DNA of 31,969 nt from a virus (IMGVR_UViG_3300046543_000050); one strand, 5' to 3'; shown: positions 1 through 8,809, counted from the stretch's first letter. Numbers and translations are program-made. Notes: generated from the letters alone by a model not told the origin.

Positions 1-536
1 TCGGGCAGTACAAGAAGGGTCAAGTCCGTCAGGAAGACGCTGGTCGTATCCACGGCGCACTGTCGAACTTCGAGAAGTACAAAGGCAAGCTGGCGAACAA
101 AGACATCAACAGCTACAAGAAGGTGTCGGACGTTGAAGACGCGACTGCACCGCACGAAGGTTCGCACGCTTCGAAGAAGGCCGAAGTCCGCGCGATCAAG
201 CACGAAGGCGCTGACCTGAAGTACGAAGACGAACACGTTCAGATTCACCACATCAAGACCGAAGAAGCTGCGAAGCACTACGGCAAGGGCACCAAGTGGT
301 GTACAGCGGCGGACAATAACAATATGTTCAGCCACTACCACAAAGACGGCCCGATCCACGTCATTTCGCACAAGACCGAGAAGCAAGAGAACGGTCAGCC
401 ACGTAAGTTCCAGTTCCATGCAGCATCGAACCAGTTCATGGACGAGAAGGACAACGAGATTTCGCACGAAGACTTCCAGAAGATCAAGCCTTCATTCCAC
501 AAGGCCATCGACGCGCATCCTGAGATGGTGGAGTAA
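1..536 (+). CDS. 5'-truncated phage protein with YGxGTKWC motif (possibly PcfJ-like fold)
   Basis: The frame is open from base 3 (GQYKKGQVRQEDAGRIHGALSNFEKYK...), so the true start lies upstream of the window. Contains EAAKHYGKGTKWCTAA...MFSHY...KFQFH...FMD. Confidence 0.75.
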   Translation, partial: GQYKKGQVRQEDAGRIHGALSNFEKYKGKLANKDINSYKKVSDVEDATAPHEGSHASKKAEVRAIKHEGADLKYEDEHVQIHHIKTEEAAKHYGKGTKWCTAADNNNMFSHYHKDGPIHVISHKTEKQENGQPRKFQFHAASNQFMDEKDNEISHEDFQKIKPSFHKAIDAHPEMVE

Positions 537-538
537 AG

Positions 539-952
539 ATGTACACTCCCAAGAAGGCATTCTTGGTCAAGTACGGTACGGACAAGCATCGCGATCATCT
601 TCTGCACGATGAAAGCGATGCCGTCCGCAAGGCCATCGCGAAGCATGGGAACGAACGACATCTTGACCATCTCGTCAATGATGAATCCGCTATGGTTCGT
701 CAAGAAGTGGCGGAACATGGTCACAAGCGACATCTTGACGTTCTAGTCCATGATAAGAAGGCTGGCGTTCGAGATTGGGTCGCGCTGCATGGCGATACCG
801 GGCATCATCAAAAATTGATGTCGGATCGTGACCCCGGTGTTCGTTCATCTGTCGCAAGAGCAACTACAAGCATGGACGTACTTCGACCACTTCTGAAAGA
901 CGATGATTCAGATGTCAGATATAACGCGCAATACAATCGGAAGGCAAAATAA
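539..952 (+). CDS. His-rich HEAT/LRV-like repeat protein (type A)
   Basis: About five 24-aa repeats VRxxVAxHGxxxHLDxLxxD. Confidence 0.85.
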   Translation: MYTPKKAFLVKYGTDKHRDHLLHDESDAVRKAIAKHGNERHLDHLVNDESAMVRQEVAEHGHKRHLDVLVHDKKAGVRDWVALHGDTGHHQKLMSDRDPGVRSSVARATTSMDVLRPLLKDDDSDVRYNAQYNRKAK

Positions 953-954
953 TC

Positions 955-1389
955 ATGAGTGAAATTGCCAAACTCTCATTCATCAATAAGTATGGCGCTG
1001 CACGCCACAAGACGGCGGTTGGTCCTCGGATCGAGAAGGTACTTGATTCGGGAAACACCAATGACATCAGTGACCTTGCCTATGAGGGTTTGGTCACGAA
1101 GCCGGAACACGTCACGCGAATCATCGATCATAAGCCAACGGATGGAAGACATCCGGGTAACAGTCCGATCCATCAGTTGATCAAGTACAAGACGGGCGCG
1201 AAGCATATGACGGATGATCATTGGCATCGTCTGGCACTTCACCCGGAAGTCGGCTTGACGACGAATGCACTGGCGCACATGCCACTGAAGCACGTCAAGA
1301 CGACTGCACAACATCACCCTGACGACTTCACACGTCAGCTTGCAACAAATCATTACGTTCGTCAAAAGCAACTTGGGGCAAAAGAATGA
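955..1389 (+). CDS. His-rich helical protein (type B), paralogue of 2663..3259
   Basis: N-terminal KLSFINKYG motif. C-terminal HWHRLALH...LAHMPLKH...HPDDFTRQLA aligns with the 2663..3259 product. Confidence 0.8.
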   Translation: MSEIAKLSFINKYGAARHKTAVGPRIEKVLDSGNTNDISDLAYEGLVTKPEHVTRIIDHKPTDGRHPGNSPIHQLIKYKTGAKHMTDDHWHRLALHPEVGLTTNALAHMPLKHVKTTAQHHPDDFTRQLATNHYVRQKQLGAKE

Positions 1390-2012
1390 GCTACAACCAT
1401 CAATTCATCGCGAAGTTCGGTTCTCCCAATCATATCGACAAGCTGGCTACTGGCGATGATCCTGCCGGTCGCGTTGCTATTGCATCGAAGCATCCAGACA
1501 AGCATCACATGTTCCTGAATGATTCGAGTGAGCGAGTTCGTCAAATCGTGGCGGCATCGACGAAGAACAAGGCGCATCTCGATCACTTCACCAATGACCC
1601 GAGCGACTTGGTACGCGCGAACGTAGTGAGGCATGGTCATAAGGAACATCTCGACAAGCTGGCGAATGATAAGCATTGGTACGTAGTATCCGCCGTTGCA
1701 AAGCATGGTCATCCTGAACATCTGAACAAGATGATCGATCATCCGCATGAGATTGTGCGTCAAGCGGTCGCTGACAAGGGTGTGGGGCATGACAAGTATG
1801 TCCACGATCAAAACCAGATGGTCAGACAGTCCGTGGCAGAGAACGGTTCCGAACATCACAGAGCGATTCTCGCGAACGATCCCGATGTCAATGTTCGTAT
1901 GGTCGTGGCGAAGCGTTCAGAAGATCGTGGCACCCTCGAAAAACTGAAGGCCGATCCTCACCCAGACGTGGCGCGTCATGCGAAACGTCACTCGGCTGAC
2001 CTCGGATATTGA
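1386..2012 (+). CDS. His-rich HEAT/LRV-like repeat protein (type A)
   Basis: About eight repeats such as VRANVVRHGHKEHLDKLAND. ATGA overlap with the upstream gene. Confidence 0.85.
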   Translation: MSYNHQFIAKFGSPNHIDKLATGDDPAGRVAIASKHPDKHHMFLNDSSERVRQIVAASTKNKAHLDHFTNDPSDLVRANVVRHGHKEHLDKLANDKHWYVVSAVAKHGHPEHLNKMIDHPHEIVRQAVADKGVGHDKYVHDQNQMVRQSVAENGSEHHRAILANDPDVNVRMVVAKRSEDRGTLEKLKADPHPDVARHAKRHSADLGY

Positions 2013-2015
2013 TAT

Positions 2016-2663
2016 ATGTCAGACTGGAAAAAGAAAAGCTTCTTGGCGCATTACGGCACGGATGCGCATAGAGACGCACTGGTCCATGATCCCGATGAAG
2101 ATGTCCGAAAGGAAGTTGTGAAGCACGGCACAGATGCACATCGAGATATGCTCGCCACTCCTGACCAACACTATGTGGTTGCGCGGGAGCTTGCATTTCG
2201 CGGAGAGAAGAAGCATCTGGATAAGCTGGTGCATCATCCGAACGAACAGGTTCAAGAAGAAGTCGCATTGCATGGACATCCTGAACACATGGAAATCTTG
2301 CACAAGAGTCCTGAATGGCAAGTTCAGAAACAAGTGGCAAAGCATGGAACACAGAAGCATCGTGACCACATTATGTCGCAAGGGACTCACAAGGTTCACT
2401 GGCAAGTGAAGCAAGAAATTGCGAAGCATAATCACAAGCCCCATCTTGACCAATTGGCTAACGAAGAACACACGATGACCCGCGTTGAAGTCGCACGTCA
2501 TGGACACCCGGATCACATGGACAAGATGATGCATGACCGAACTGAACTGGTTCGTGCTACTGTGGCAAGTCGCGGTTCATTGGATCATGCGCGGAGTCTA
2601 CAGCACGATCCGAGTATCATGGTCAAGACTCTCGTAAAGCATCGACTAGAAAAGGGTGAGTAA
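2016..2663 (+). CDS. His-rich HEAT/LRV-like repeat protein (type A)
   Basis: About eight repeats such as VRKEVVKHGTDAHRDMLA and VQEEVALHGHPEHMEILH. Confidence 0.85.
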   Translation: MSDWKKKSFLAHYGTDAHRDALVHDPDEDVRKEVVKHGTDAHRDMLATPDQHYVVARELAFRGEKKHLDKLVHHPNEQVQEEVALHGHPEHMEILHKSPEWQVQKQVAKHGTQKHRDHIMSQGTHKVHWQVKQEIAKHNHKPHLDQLANEEHTMTRVEVARHGHPDHMDKMMHDRTELVRATVASRGSLDHARSLQHDPSIMVKTLVKHRLEKGE

Positions 2664-3259
2664 TGTCAGCAATGTCGAAACTTCAGTTTCTTGGGAAGTA
2701 CGGTTCCGAGAAGCACAAGTCGGGTATCCCGGCCAAGGTCGATCACGAGATGACCAAGGTCAAGACGGATGTCGATCATATGTCGGATGACGACGAGATT
2801 CATGGCTTCACGATGGCACAGTCGCCGCTCGTCAAGGGCAAGCATCTTGATAAGCTGGTGAGTACGAATTCATCGTACATCCGCGAAGGGGCTTCGATGA
2901 ATCCGAATCTGGAATCACATCACGTCGATACCATCATAGCGAATGATAAGAGTGGCAATGCAACCAACCACATTATCAGGAACAAGAATGTCAAGATGAC
3001 CGGTCGTCAGTTGCACGCGGCAATCGATCACAAGGGCGATAGTCATCCTGCTAGTTGGATTAGTGCTCGCGCAGCGGACCTCAATGATAGTCATTGGGAT
3101 AAGCTGGCGCGTCACACTCAACAAGGCGCTCCGCTGGCTGTACTAGCCAAGATGCCTAAGAAACATCTTAGGACTGCGGCTGAACATAGCCCACATAAGA
3201 TAATTCGCGATCTGGCGCAAGCACACTTCGAAGATCGAGAAGCAAAAGGACGGACCTAA
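2663..3259 (+). CDS. His-rich helical protein (type B), paralogue of 955..1389
   Basis: N-terminal KLQFLGKYGSEKH. C-terminal HWDKLARH...LAKMPKKH...SPHKIIRDLA. Confidence 0.8.
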   Translation: MSAMSKLQFLGKYGSEKHKSGIPAKVDHEMTKVKTDVDHMSDDDEIHGFTMAQSPLVKGKHLDKLVSTNSSYIREGASMNPNLESHHVDTIIANDKSGNATNHIIRNKNVKMTGRQLHAAIDHKGDSHPASWISARAADLNDSHWDKLARHTQQGAPLAVLAKMPKKHLRTAAEHSPHKIIRDLAQAHFEDREAKGRT

Positions 3260-3260
3260 A

Positions 3261-3521
3261 ATGGCACATAAAAACGTACTCTACTTCTCGGCTCCTTGGT
3301 GCGCGCCGTGCAAGGCATTTGCACCACAGTTCGACGCACTCATGACCAAGCATGATCAAGTATCGTACTCCAAGATCAACATCGATGACGACTTCGAACA
3401 AGCCCGGACCTATGGTGTTCGCGCTATTCCTTGCATCGTGATCCTCGAAGACGGCATTGAAGCTGCACGACTTGCTGGTGGTGCAGTCAACAAAGCCAAA
3501 CTCGATCAACTTCTGGGCTAA
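3261..3521 (+). CDS. Thioredoxin
   Basis: FSAPWCAPCK active site, 86 aa, cis-Pro motif GVRAIP. Confidence 0.93.
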   Translation: MAHKNVLYFSAPWCAPCKAFAPQFDALMTKHDQVSYSKINIDDDFEQARTYGVRAIPCIVILEDGIEAARLAGGAVNKAKLDQLLG

Positions 3522-3523
3522 CC

Positions 3524-4012
3524 ATGTACTTCGACCAGTTTCCTAAGTTCTACTACACGTTCGACAACATCAGTGCGACGCTGGTCACAAACTTCTTGGC
3601 CCGCGTTGCAATCTCTGATGAACTGAAATCGAACGTGACGCTTTACTCGCCGTACACCGTCATCGACGGCGATACGCCTGAGATTGTGGCCGACAAGGTG
3701 TTTGGTGATCCTGAATTGCATTGGGTGATCCTACTCACGAACGAGATTGTCGATCCTCGCTATGACTGGTGTCTGTCGCAAGTGCATCTGGATGCCATGT
3801 GTGAAGCTAAGTATGACAACATGTATGCGACGCATCACTACGAGACGACTGATGGCTACATTGTAGACTCGAACTATCCGGGTGCAGTGTCCATCTCGAA
3901 CTTCCAATACGAAGACCAACTGAACGAAGCCAAGCGCACGATTAAGATTCTGAATCCTAATCTTGTGGCAGAGTTCGTGAAGGAATTCAAGACCGTTATG
4001 GGTTCACAATGA
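3524..4012 (+). CDS. Baseplate wedge subunit, T4 gp53-like (LysM-like)
   Basis: MYFDQFPK...YTVIDGDTPEIVADKVFGDPELHWVILLTNEIVDP...HHYE...NEAKRTIKIL, the typical gp53 pattern of T4-like phages. Confidence 0.88.
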   Translation: MYFDQFPKFYYTFDNISATLVTNFLARVAISDELKSNVTLYSPYTVIDGDTPEIVADKVFGDPELHWVILLTNEIVDPRYDWCLSQVHLDAMCEAKYDNMYATHHYETTDGYIVDSNYPGAVSISNFQYEDQLNEAKRTIKILNPNLVAEFVKEFKTVMGSQ

Positions 4013-5385
4013 CAGAGACAATCAAGAACGGAATCCAGAACGCGGGTGACATCAATGTCGCAGAAGTGACGTTGATCTGTGCCAATGGTACGCAGATCGA
4101 CTTGATCCCGTTCATGGTCGAAGTCAACATCACAGAAGACATCTTCTCGACATCCCTCTATGGGAACATGGTCGTCACGGATAGTCTGGGGATCATCGAG
4201 AACGGCCCGATCATCGGCGAAGAATACGTCCGCATGGACTTCAATACGCCGGGACTGGATGCGCATATCTACAAGACCTTCCGCGTCTACAACCTGAGTA
4301 ACCGGACGGTCGCACTGGATGACAAGTCACAGGTGTTCGTCCTGCACTTCTGTTCGCCCGAAGTGTTTGTTGATGCGATGGACAAAATCTACAAGACCTT
4401 CGAAGGTCGGATCGATGATGTCGCAGCGAACATCTATGAGAACTATCTGAACGTCTCGCGCAACATCGTCGTCAATGCGAACACCAAGCAGTTCGTGGAG
4501 TCGGGTGATACGTCAGTGATGACGGTCCTCAATGAGACGGACAACAACATCAAGTTCACCTGTCCCGGTTGGGGCGCTTTAAAGACCCTCAGTTGGCTTG
4601 CGTCGAAGTCGATAGCAAAGGATACCAAGGCGTCTGACGGACTGTTCTACGAGTCCACACAGGGCTACTATTGGGGTTCTGTGGGTACGGTCATCAATGC
4701 ATGGAAGGCATCGGGCAAAGTGGCGGGGGATTTCTACTACACCCCAAGCAATCAGCGGATCAATGAGTCCGGGACCGTGGCCGTCAATGGCGTGCAGTAC
4801 ACAGCACCGAACCTGAATCGCGATTACAAGGTCGTGGAAGAATTCCAGATCATCGACACGTTCAATACGTTGAAGTCGAATGTTTCTGGCTACTACGCGA
4901 ATCAGGTGTTGACCGTGGATTTGATCCACAAGTCATACATCTTCAACCAGTTTGATTATGTGAAGGACTTCGGGAACTATCCGCACTTGGACAAGTATCC
5001 GCCATTCACGACGAATCAATTCCGTAATCCGGCGATGGTGTCGGAAGTCCAGTATCAGCATCCGGGGCTGTTCAATAGTTCACCGGCCAACATCAACGAA
5101 CGTGCCGCTGCTATCCGGCAGAATCGGCGGTCATTGCTGGCGGGGTACTCGAACATCAAGATTGAAGTGACCGTGCCGGGGCGCACGGATTTTGAGGCGG
5201 CAAGCGTGGTGTATTTTGCTATGCCGAAGATGGGACCGAAAGACAGCACAGACAAGACCGAATCCTACGACAAGTACATGTCCGGTCTTTATCTGGTGAC
5301 GTGTGTGCGCCATAAGTTCACCCATGACAAGCACACGATGATCATGGAACTTATCAAGGATTCGTTCGACAATCCGATCAGTTGA
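4009..5385 (+). CDS. Baseplate hub / tail protein (gp27-like)
   Basis: 458 aa following gp53. N-terminal ITEDIFS..LYG.M.V.D motif and C-terminal VPG...SGLYLVTCVRHKF...MELIKDS motif are typical of hub proteins. Confidence 0.75.
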   Translation: MTETIKNGIQNAGDINVAEVTLICANGTQIDLIPFMVEVNITEDIFSTSLYGNMVVTDSLGIIENGPIIGEEYVRMDFNTPGLDAHIYKTFRVYNLSNRTVALDDKSQVFVLHFCSPEVFVDAMDKIYKTFEGRIDDVAANIYENYLNVSRNIVVNANTKQFVESGDTSVMTVLNETDNNIKFTCPGWGALKTLSWLASKSIAKDTKASDGLFYESTQGYYWGSVGTVINAWKASGKVAGDFYYTPSNQRINESGTVAVNGVQYTAPNLNRDYKVVEEFQIIDTFNTLKSNVSGYYANQVLTVDLIHKSYIFNQFDYVKDFGNYPHLDKYPPFTTNQFRNPAMVSEVQYQHPGLFNSSPANINERAAAIRQNRRSLLAGYSNIKIEVTVPGRTDFEAASVVYFAMPKMGPKDSTDKTESYDKYMSGLYLVTCVRHKFTHDKHTMIMELIKDSFDNPIS

Positions 5386-6244
5386 AGGCAATACACTGAT
5401 TAGGAAAGCTGAACGACAGATGACTTCCGAGTGTGTTGTTGCAGAAGTCCACGCAGGATTGCATGTTGAATGATGCAGCATGATCGAGCATGTTCCCGTA
5501 GGCCGTCTGGAATTCGAATTCCGGGTAATGGATCGACGGGAACAGAGGATCAGGCAACGAAGGGATCGATGGGAAGCCGGGAATCGTGAAGTTGAATATC
5601 TGGATTGTCGGTAGCCCACTTTTCATCACATCCGCCAAGGTCGCTGCACCCGGTACGTTCGCGATCACCATCGCTTTCAACTGATCAGCCGTTGGCATGG
5701 TCGGTATCGCGGGCATTGATCCGAGATGCAGGTTCCCGCACACAGAATTGATCAGGTTATAGATCATCTGCGGAAGCTGCGTGATGTAGGACTTGATCAG
5801 GTTGCACATCGTGGAGATGGATTCGAACTCCGGGATTTTCATGTCCGGGAACAGAGGCGAAGGGATGCCCGGAAACTGGATACCGGCTGCTATCTTTGCC
5901 TTCACCGATGCCAGTAGGTCTGACGGGTTGCCCGAGAGTATGTCTGGGAGCTTCAGGTTGAGGCTTGGCACGGTCGGCAGCACCGACAATGGGTCAATCC
6001 CCAAGAAACTCGTCAGAGGCGTCAGCATCCCTGTACAGGTCTTCATCAACTGCGTGGTTTTTAGTTCGGCAATTGACTGAACCATCTCGATGTTCGGACA
6101 CTTCATCGTGGGGAACATCGGAGACGGTAGGGTAGGGAGTTGCGGCATCGTGAAATTGAAGGGCGGATTCTTCAAGTTCGGTGCGAACTGATTGTACAGA
6201 TCGTCAAACGATGGGATCGGGGTTGAAGTGCAGAGGTTTGGCAT
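5378..6244 (-). CDS. Proline-rich hypothetical protein with three internal repeats, probably late-expressed
   Basis: 288 aa ORF with three copies of PxLPxPLFPxxxxPxxE. TAAATA box about 27 nt upstream on the same strand. Confidence 0.8.
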   Translation of the reverse strand: MPNLCTSTPIPSFDDLYNQFAPNLKNPPFNFTMPQLPTLPSPMFPTMKCPNIEMVQSIAELKTTQLMKTCTGMLTPLTSFLGIDPLSVLPTVPSLNLKLPDILSGNPSDLLASVKAKIAAGIQFPGIPSPLFPDMKIPEFESISTMCNLIKSYITQLPQMIYNLINSVCGNLHLGSMPAIPTMPTADQLKAMVIANVPGAATLADVMKSGLPTIQIFNFTIPGFPSIPSLPDPLFPSIHYPEFEFQTAYGNMLDHAASFNMQSCVDFCNNTLGSHLSFSFPNQCIAFN

Positions 6245-6271
6245 AGTTTGGCCTGAGTGAGAAGACCAAAC

Positions 6272-6277
6272 TATTTA
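6272..6277 (-). promoter_or_regulatory. Putative late promoter (TAAATA)
   Basis: The - strand reads GGTAAATAG just upstream of the ATG at 6244. Confidence 0.5.
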
Positions 6278-6286
6278 CCGGAACCA

Positions 6287-6556
6287 TCAGTAACAGGGTT
6301 GCTCACAAACATCGCATCCGCCATTGAAGTTGCGGTACTTGATGCAGTCACCATCAAGGCATTCGGTTGGCGTCTCGATGACGATAGGGATCACGTTGAT
6401 GTCTTTCATCCCATCAAGCCACAGATCAAATTCATCGTCGCTGACATAGCATCCTACGGCAGCAAGACGACACACTTCATCCCATGTGACCTTCTGGTTC
6501 ATCGACATCCACATGCGCAGCTTGCGGTATCGTGCCGCGTCAATTGCATCAGTCAT
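6287..6556 (-). CDS. Hypothetical protein with Cys-rich C-terminus
   Basis: Part of a tightly packed - strand gene run. Confidence 0.7.
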   Translation of the reverse strand: MTDAIDAARYRKLRMWMSMNQKVTWDEVCRLAAVGCYVSDDEFDLWLDGMKDINVIPIVIETPTECLDGDCIKYRNFNGGCDVCEQPCY

Positions 6557-6746
6557 CAGTTGCCGCCATGATTTTCAGGTGAATGGATTCGTCCAGCTTG
6601 CGGGCGTCGATGAAGGTGATCGAGTCTTCCTCGAAGTCCCCGCGACGTGCGTAATAGTCCGTTGACGGAACGAGTACGTTCATCGTTGTCGTATTATCTG
6701 CGAACATAGCGCGCAGTTCGATTAGTTGTTCTTTCGTAAAGGCCAT
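6549..6746 (-). CDS. Hypothetical protein
   Basis: Short overlap with its neighbour in the - strand run. Confidence 0.65.
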   Translation of the reverse strand: MAFTKEQLIELRAMFADNTTTMNVLVPSTDYYARRGDFEEDSITFIDARKLDESIHLKIMAATDD

Positions 6747-6767
6747 TCTGCTTCCATAAACACGTCG

Positions 6768-7208
6768 TTAGTTGTCATTGTGATACCCGATCACGATGCA
6801 GTTCCAATCATTCCACTCGCGGATGGCCTGATGGAAGTTCTCATAGGCTTTGTCCCGCTTCAAGTCACTTCCAAACACCATCGACCCAGATCGGATCGCA
6901 CGGTCCTCTGTCGATGAACCCCACAACCAGACACGTTCCGTCTGAATGTCCATCACTGATCGCGAGATGACCTCGTAACCGTTCGATGCCCTGAACGTAT
7001 AGAAGTCGCCGTCATCATCGCCGTACCACGTCACGCGCGGTTCGGTATGTTGCTCGATGATGTCGAACGTCAATCGACGTGTCGTCTTGACCAGTCGATA
7101 GGTGATCAGATCGAGAATCACCAGTTCGGGAGTTTCAATCCCCATTCCAAGGTTCACACGGTTCATCAAGTTGTTCCACTTTTTTACTTGCTCTACTTCC
7201 TGATTCAT
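6768..7208 (-). CDS. Hypothetical protein
   Basis: 146 aa ORF with ATGA coupling. Confidence 0.7.
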   Translation of the reverse strand: MNQEVEQVKKWNNLMNRVNLGMGIETPELVILDLITYRLVKTTRRLTFDIIEQHTEPRVTWYGDDDGDFYTFRASNGYEVISRSVMDIQTERVWLWGSSTEDRAIRSGSMVFGSDLKRDKAYENFHQAIREWNDWNCIVIGYHNDN

Positions 7209-7387
7209 TCGAAATGCCTCTTTTCGAAATCATTCCAATCAAAGATGTTCGTATGTACGAACGCCGTCTGCATCCCGTTCCTGAACAGCTTGCGGAATGT
7301 AGTGAACGTCATCTTGATTTCGACGCCTTCGACGTGCAGGGTGATCGTGCGGGATTCTTTATCCGTGGTTGTGTACGCTGTCGTCAT
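7205..7387 (-). CDS. Hypothetical protein
   Basis: ATGA-coupled to the downstream gene, GGAG RBS. Confidence 0.65.
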   Translation of the reverse strand: MTTAYTTTDKESRTITLHVEGVEIKMTFTTFRKLFRNGMQTAFVHTNIFDWNDFEKRHFE

Positions 7388-7601
7388 TGAACATTCTCCA
7401 AAGTTGTGCAGCTTGAATGGGGTTCAGGATACCTTGCGTCCATGCCGCACGACAGAACCGTTCCGAATCTTCCTGTTTCGAGATTCGTTCTGCCAAGCGA
7501 CACATGGCTTCTCGAACGGGCTTCGGCATCTGCCATGTTGCATCGTCAGCAAACTGTCCGAAATTCCACGCTTCAACGATCAGTTCTTCGTCGGTCGTCA
7601 C
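7359..7601 (-). CDS. Hypothetical protein
   Basis: GTGA-coupled ORF in the run. Confidence 0.6.
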   Translation of the reverse strand: MTTDEELIVEAWNFGQFADDATWQMPKPVREAMCRLAERISKQEDSERFCRAAWTQGILNPIQAAQLWRMFNDDSVHNHG

Positions 7602-7807
7602 TTGATGCTCCCGATCTGGTCGATGACTTGGAACAACTTGTTCATCGCGGCGTGAGCGTCTTCGACAGTCTCGAACTCACGGAATATTTGTGAGGTTTCC
7701 AATCCGCTAAAGTTATTCGTCTTGCGGATGTCGGGATAGCCCCGGTAATCAACTACGTCGCCATATTCGTTGATCACTTCAATCTTCACGCGGACTTGCA
7801 TTGTCAT
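7598..7807 (-). CDS. Hypothetical protein
   Basis: Coupled ORF, AAGGA RBS. Confidence 0.65.
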   Translation of the reverse strand: MTMQVRVKIEVINEYGDVVDYRGYPDIRKTNNFSGLETSQIFREFETVEDAHAAMNKLFQVIDQIGSIK

Positions 7808-7977
7808 GATGCTTTCCTTACCTCATAGTCGGCCCATAGGTTCAGGGCTTCGGTTATGGTGTCTTCCGAGTACCCGACGATTCGCAGCTTCGCGCGAAGG
7901 GTGGCGGCGGTCTTGATCTGTTGGTCCCGCGCTAGGATCACTGCATCGCGCAGACAGTTGAATACTTCGATGTTCAT
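7804..7977 (-). CDS. Hypothetical protein (57 aa, not in the ORF track)
   Basis: Translated by hand as MNIEVFNCLRDAVILARDQQIKTAATLRAKLRIVGYSEDTITEALNLWADYEVRKAS. ATGA overlaps at both ends. Confidence 0.7.
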   Translation of the reverse strand: MNIEVFNCLRDAVILARDQQIKTAATLRAKLRIVGYSEDTITEALNLWADYEVRKAS

Positions 7978-8141
7978 TGCACGACCAGATAGTTGCGTTG
8001 TGCGACGACATCAACACAGTATTCAATCGTCGCGTTCACCATCAATTCGCCCGTCTCGGCGTCATTGATTTTGGCGTACAGAAAGTTTCGGCTTGGTAGG
8101 TGATAGACAACCATCTTCACCTTTCGTCGTTCAGTATTCAT
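7974..8141 (-). CDS. Hypothetical protein
   Basis: Fills the gap in the run. Start uncertain (8141 or 8114). Confidence 0.6.
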   Translation of the reverse strand: MNTERRKVKMVVYHLPSRNFLYAKINDAETGELMVNATIEYCVDVVAQRNYLVVQ

Positions 8142-8442
8142 CTTGAAAGTGTTCGTCTTGAATTTGTCCGCACGCAAGCCACAGGATGCGTTCTAGGTTT
8201 GCCGTGTGGTCTGCGAGTTCGTTGTCATCCCATGCGCCATACTCGCGCAGTTCGTCACGCAGAGTGGCGGGATCAATCTCGGAGAGGGCTGCGATGACTT
8301 CCTTGTCACTGACGGTCATCTCTTTGATGTCAGCGTCACATTTGCCCTGATGGTGGCCCTTGTGGGCCTGTTCCATTGTCAGTTGAAACTGGATCAGGCC
8401 GGAACTACTGATGAACCAGAACTTCTCGTTTTCGTTCGACAT
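8131..8442 (-). CDS. Hypothetical protein
   Basis: Start revised to MSNENEK, with an AAGGGG RBS upstream. Confidence 0.7.
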   Translation of the reverse strand: MSNENEKFWFISSSGLIQFQLTMEQAHKGHHQGKCDADIKEMTVSDKEVIAALSEIDPATLRDELREYGAWDDNELADHTANLERILWLACGQIQDEHFQDEY

Positions 8443-8452
8443 GTTCGACCCC

Positions 8453-8797
8453 TTAGTTCGTGAGTGCGCGAACTTCACGCGCGAATTGTGCCAGCGTTTC
8501 TTCGATATTCGTCACGTAGAAGTGCCAGTTCCACTTGCCGCTGTGGGGATTCAGGCGCGAGCTTGGACCGGTGTACATGACCTTCCTTGCCGCTTCCACG
8601 TCATCGAACACGCAGTGGATGAACTCATAGTCGCTGGCGGTCATCTTTAACAATCCGCCAGTCGTTTCGAGCGTCCAGAACCGGTCGAAGTAGCTGTCTC
8701 CGATCTGTTCAACTCGTTCCGCACCAAGGCCAAGGAACGTGCCCTCGATCATCTTGATTGCTTCGTCCTGCACCTTCTTTGCGGGCTTTCTCGGCAT
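8453..8797 (-). CDS. Hypothetical protein
   Basis: 114 aa, GGGGAG RBS. Confidence 0.75.
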   Translation of the reverse strand: MPRKPAKKVQDEAIKMIEGTFLGLGAERVEQIGDSYFDRFWTLETTGGLLKMTASDYEFIHCVFDDVEAARKVMYTGPSSRLNPHSGKWNWHFYVTNIEETLAQFAREVRALTN

Positions 8798-8809
8798 GTT
8801 CTGCTCCCC

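Noticed and set aside
395-5620. Minus-strand ORFs overlapping the His-repeat, gp53 and hub genes
   Set aside because: They are antisense shadows caused by codon bias, with no motifs or RBS.
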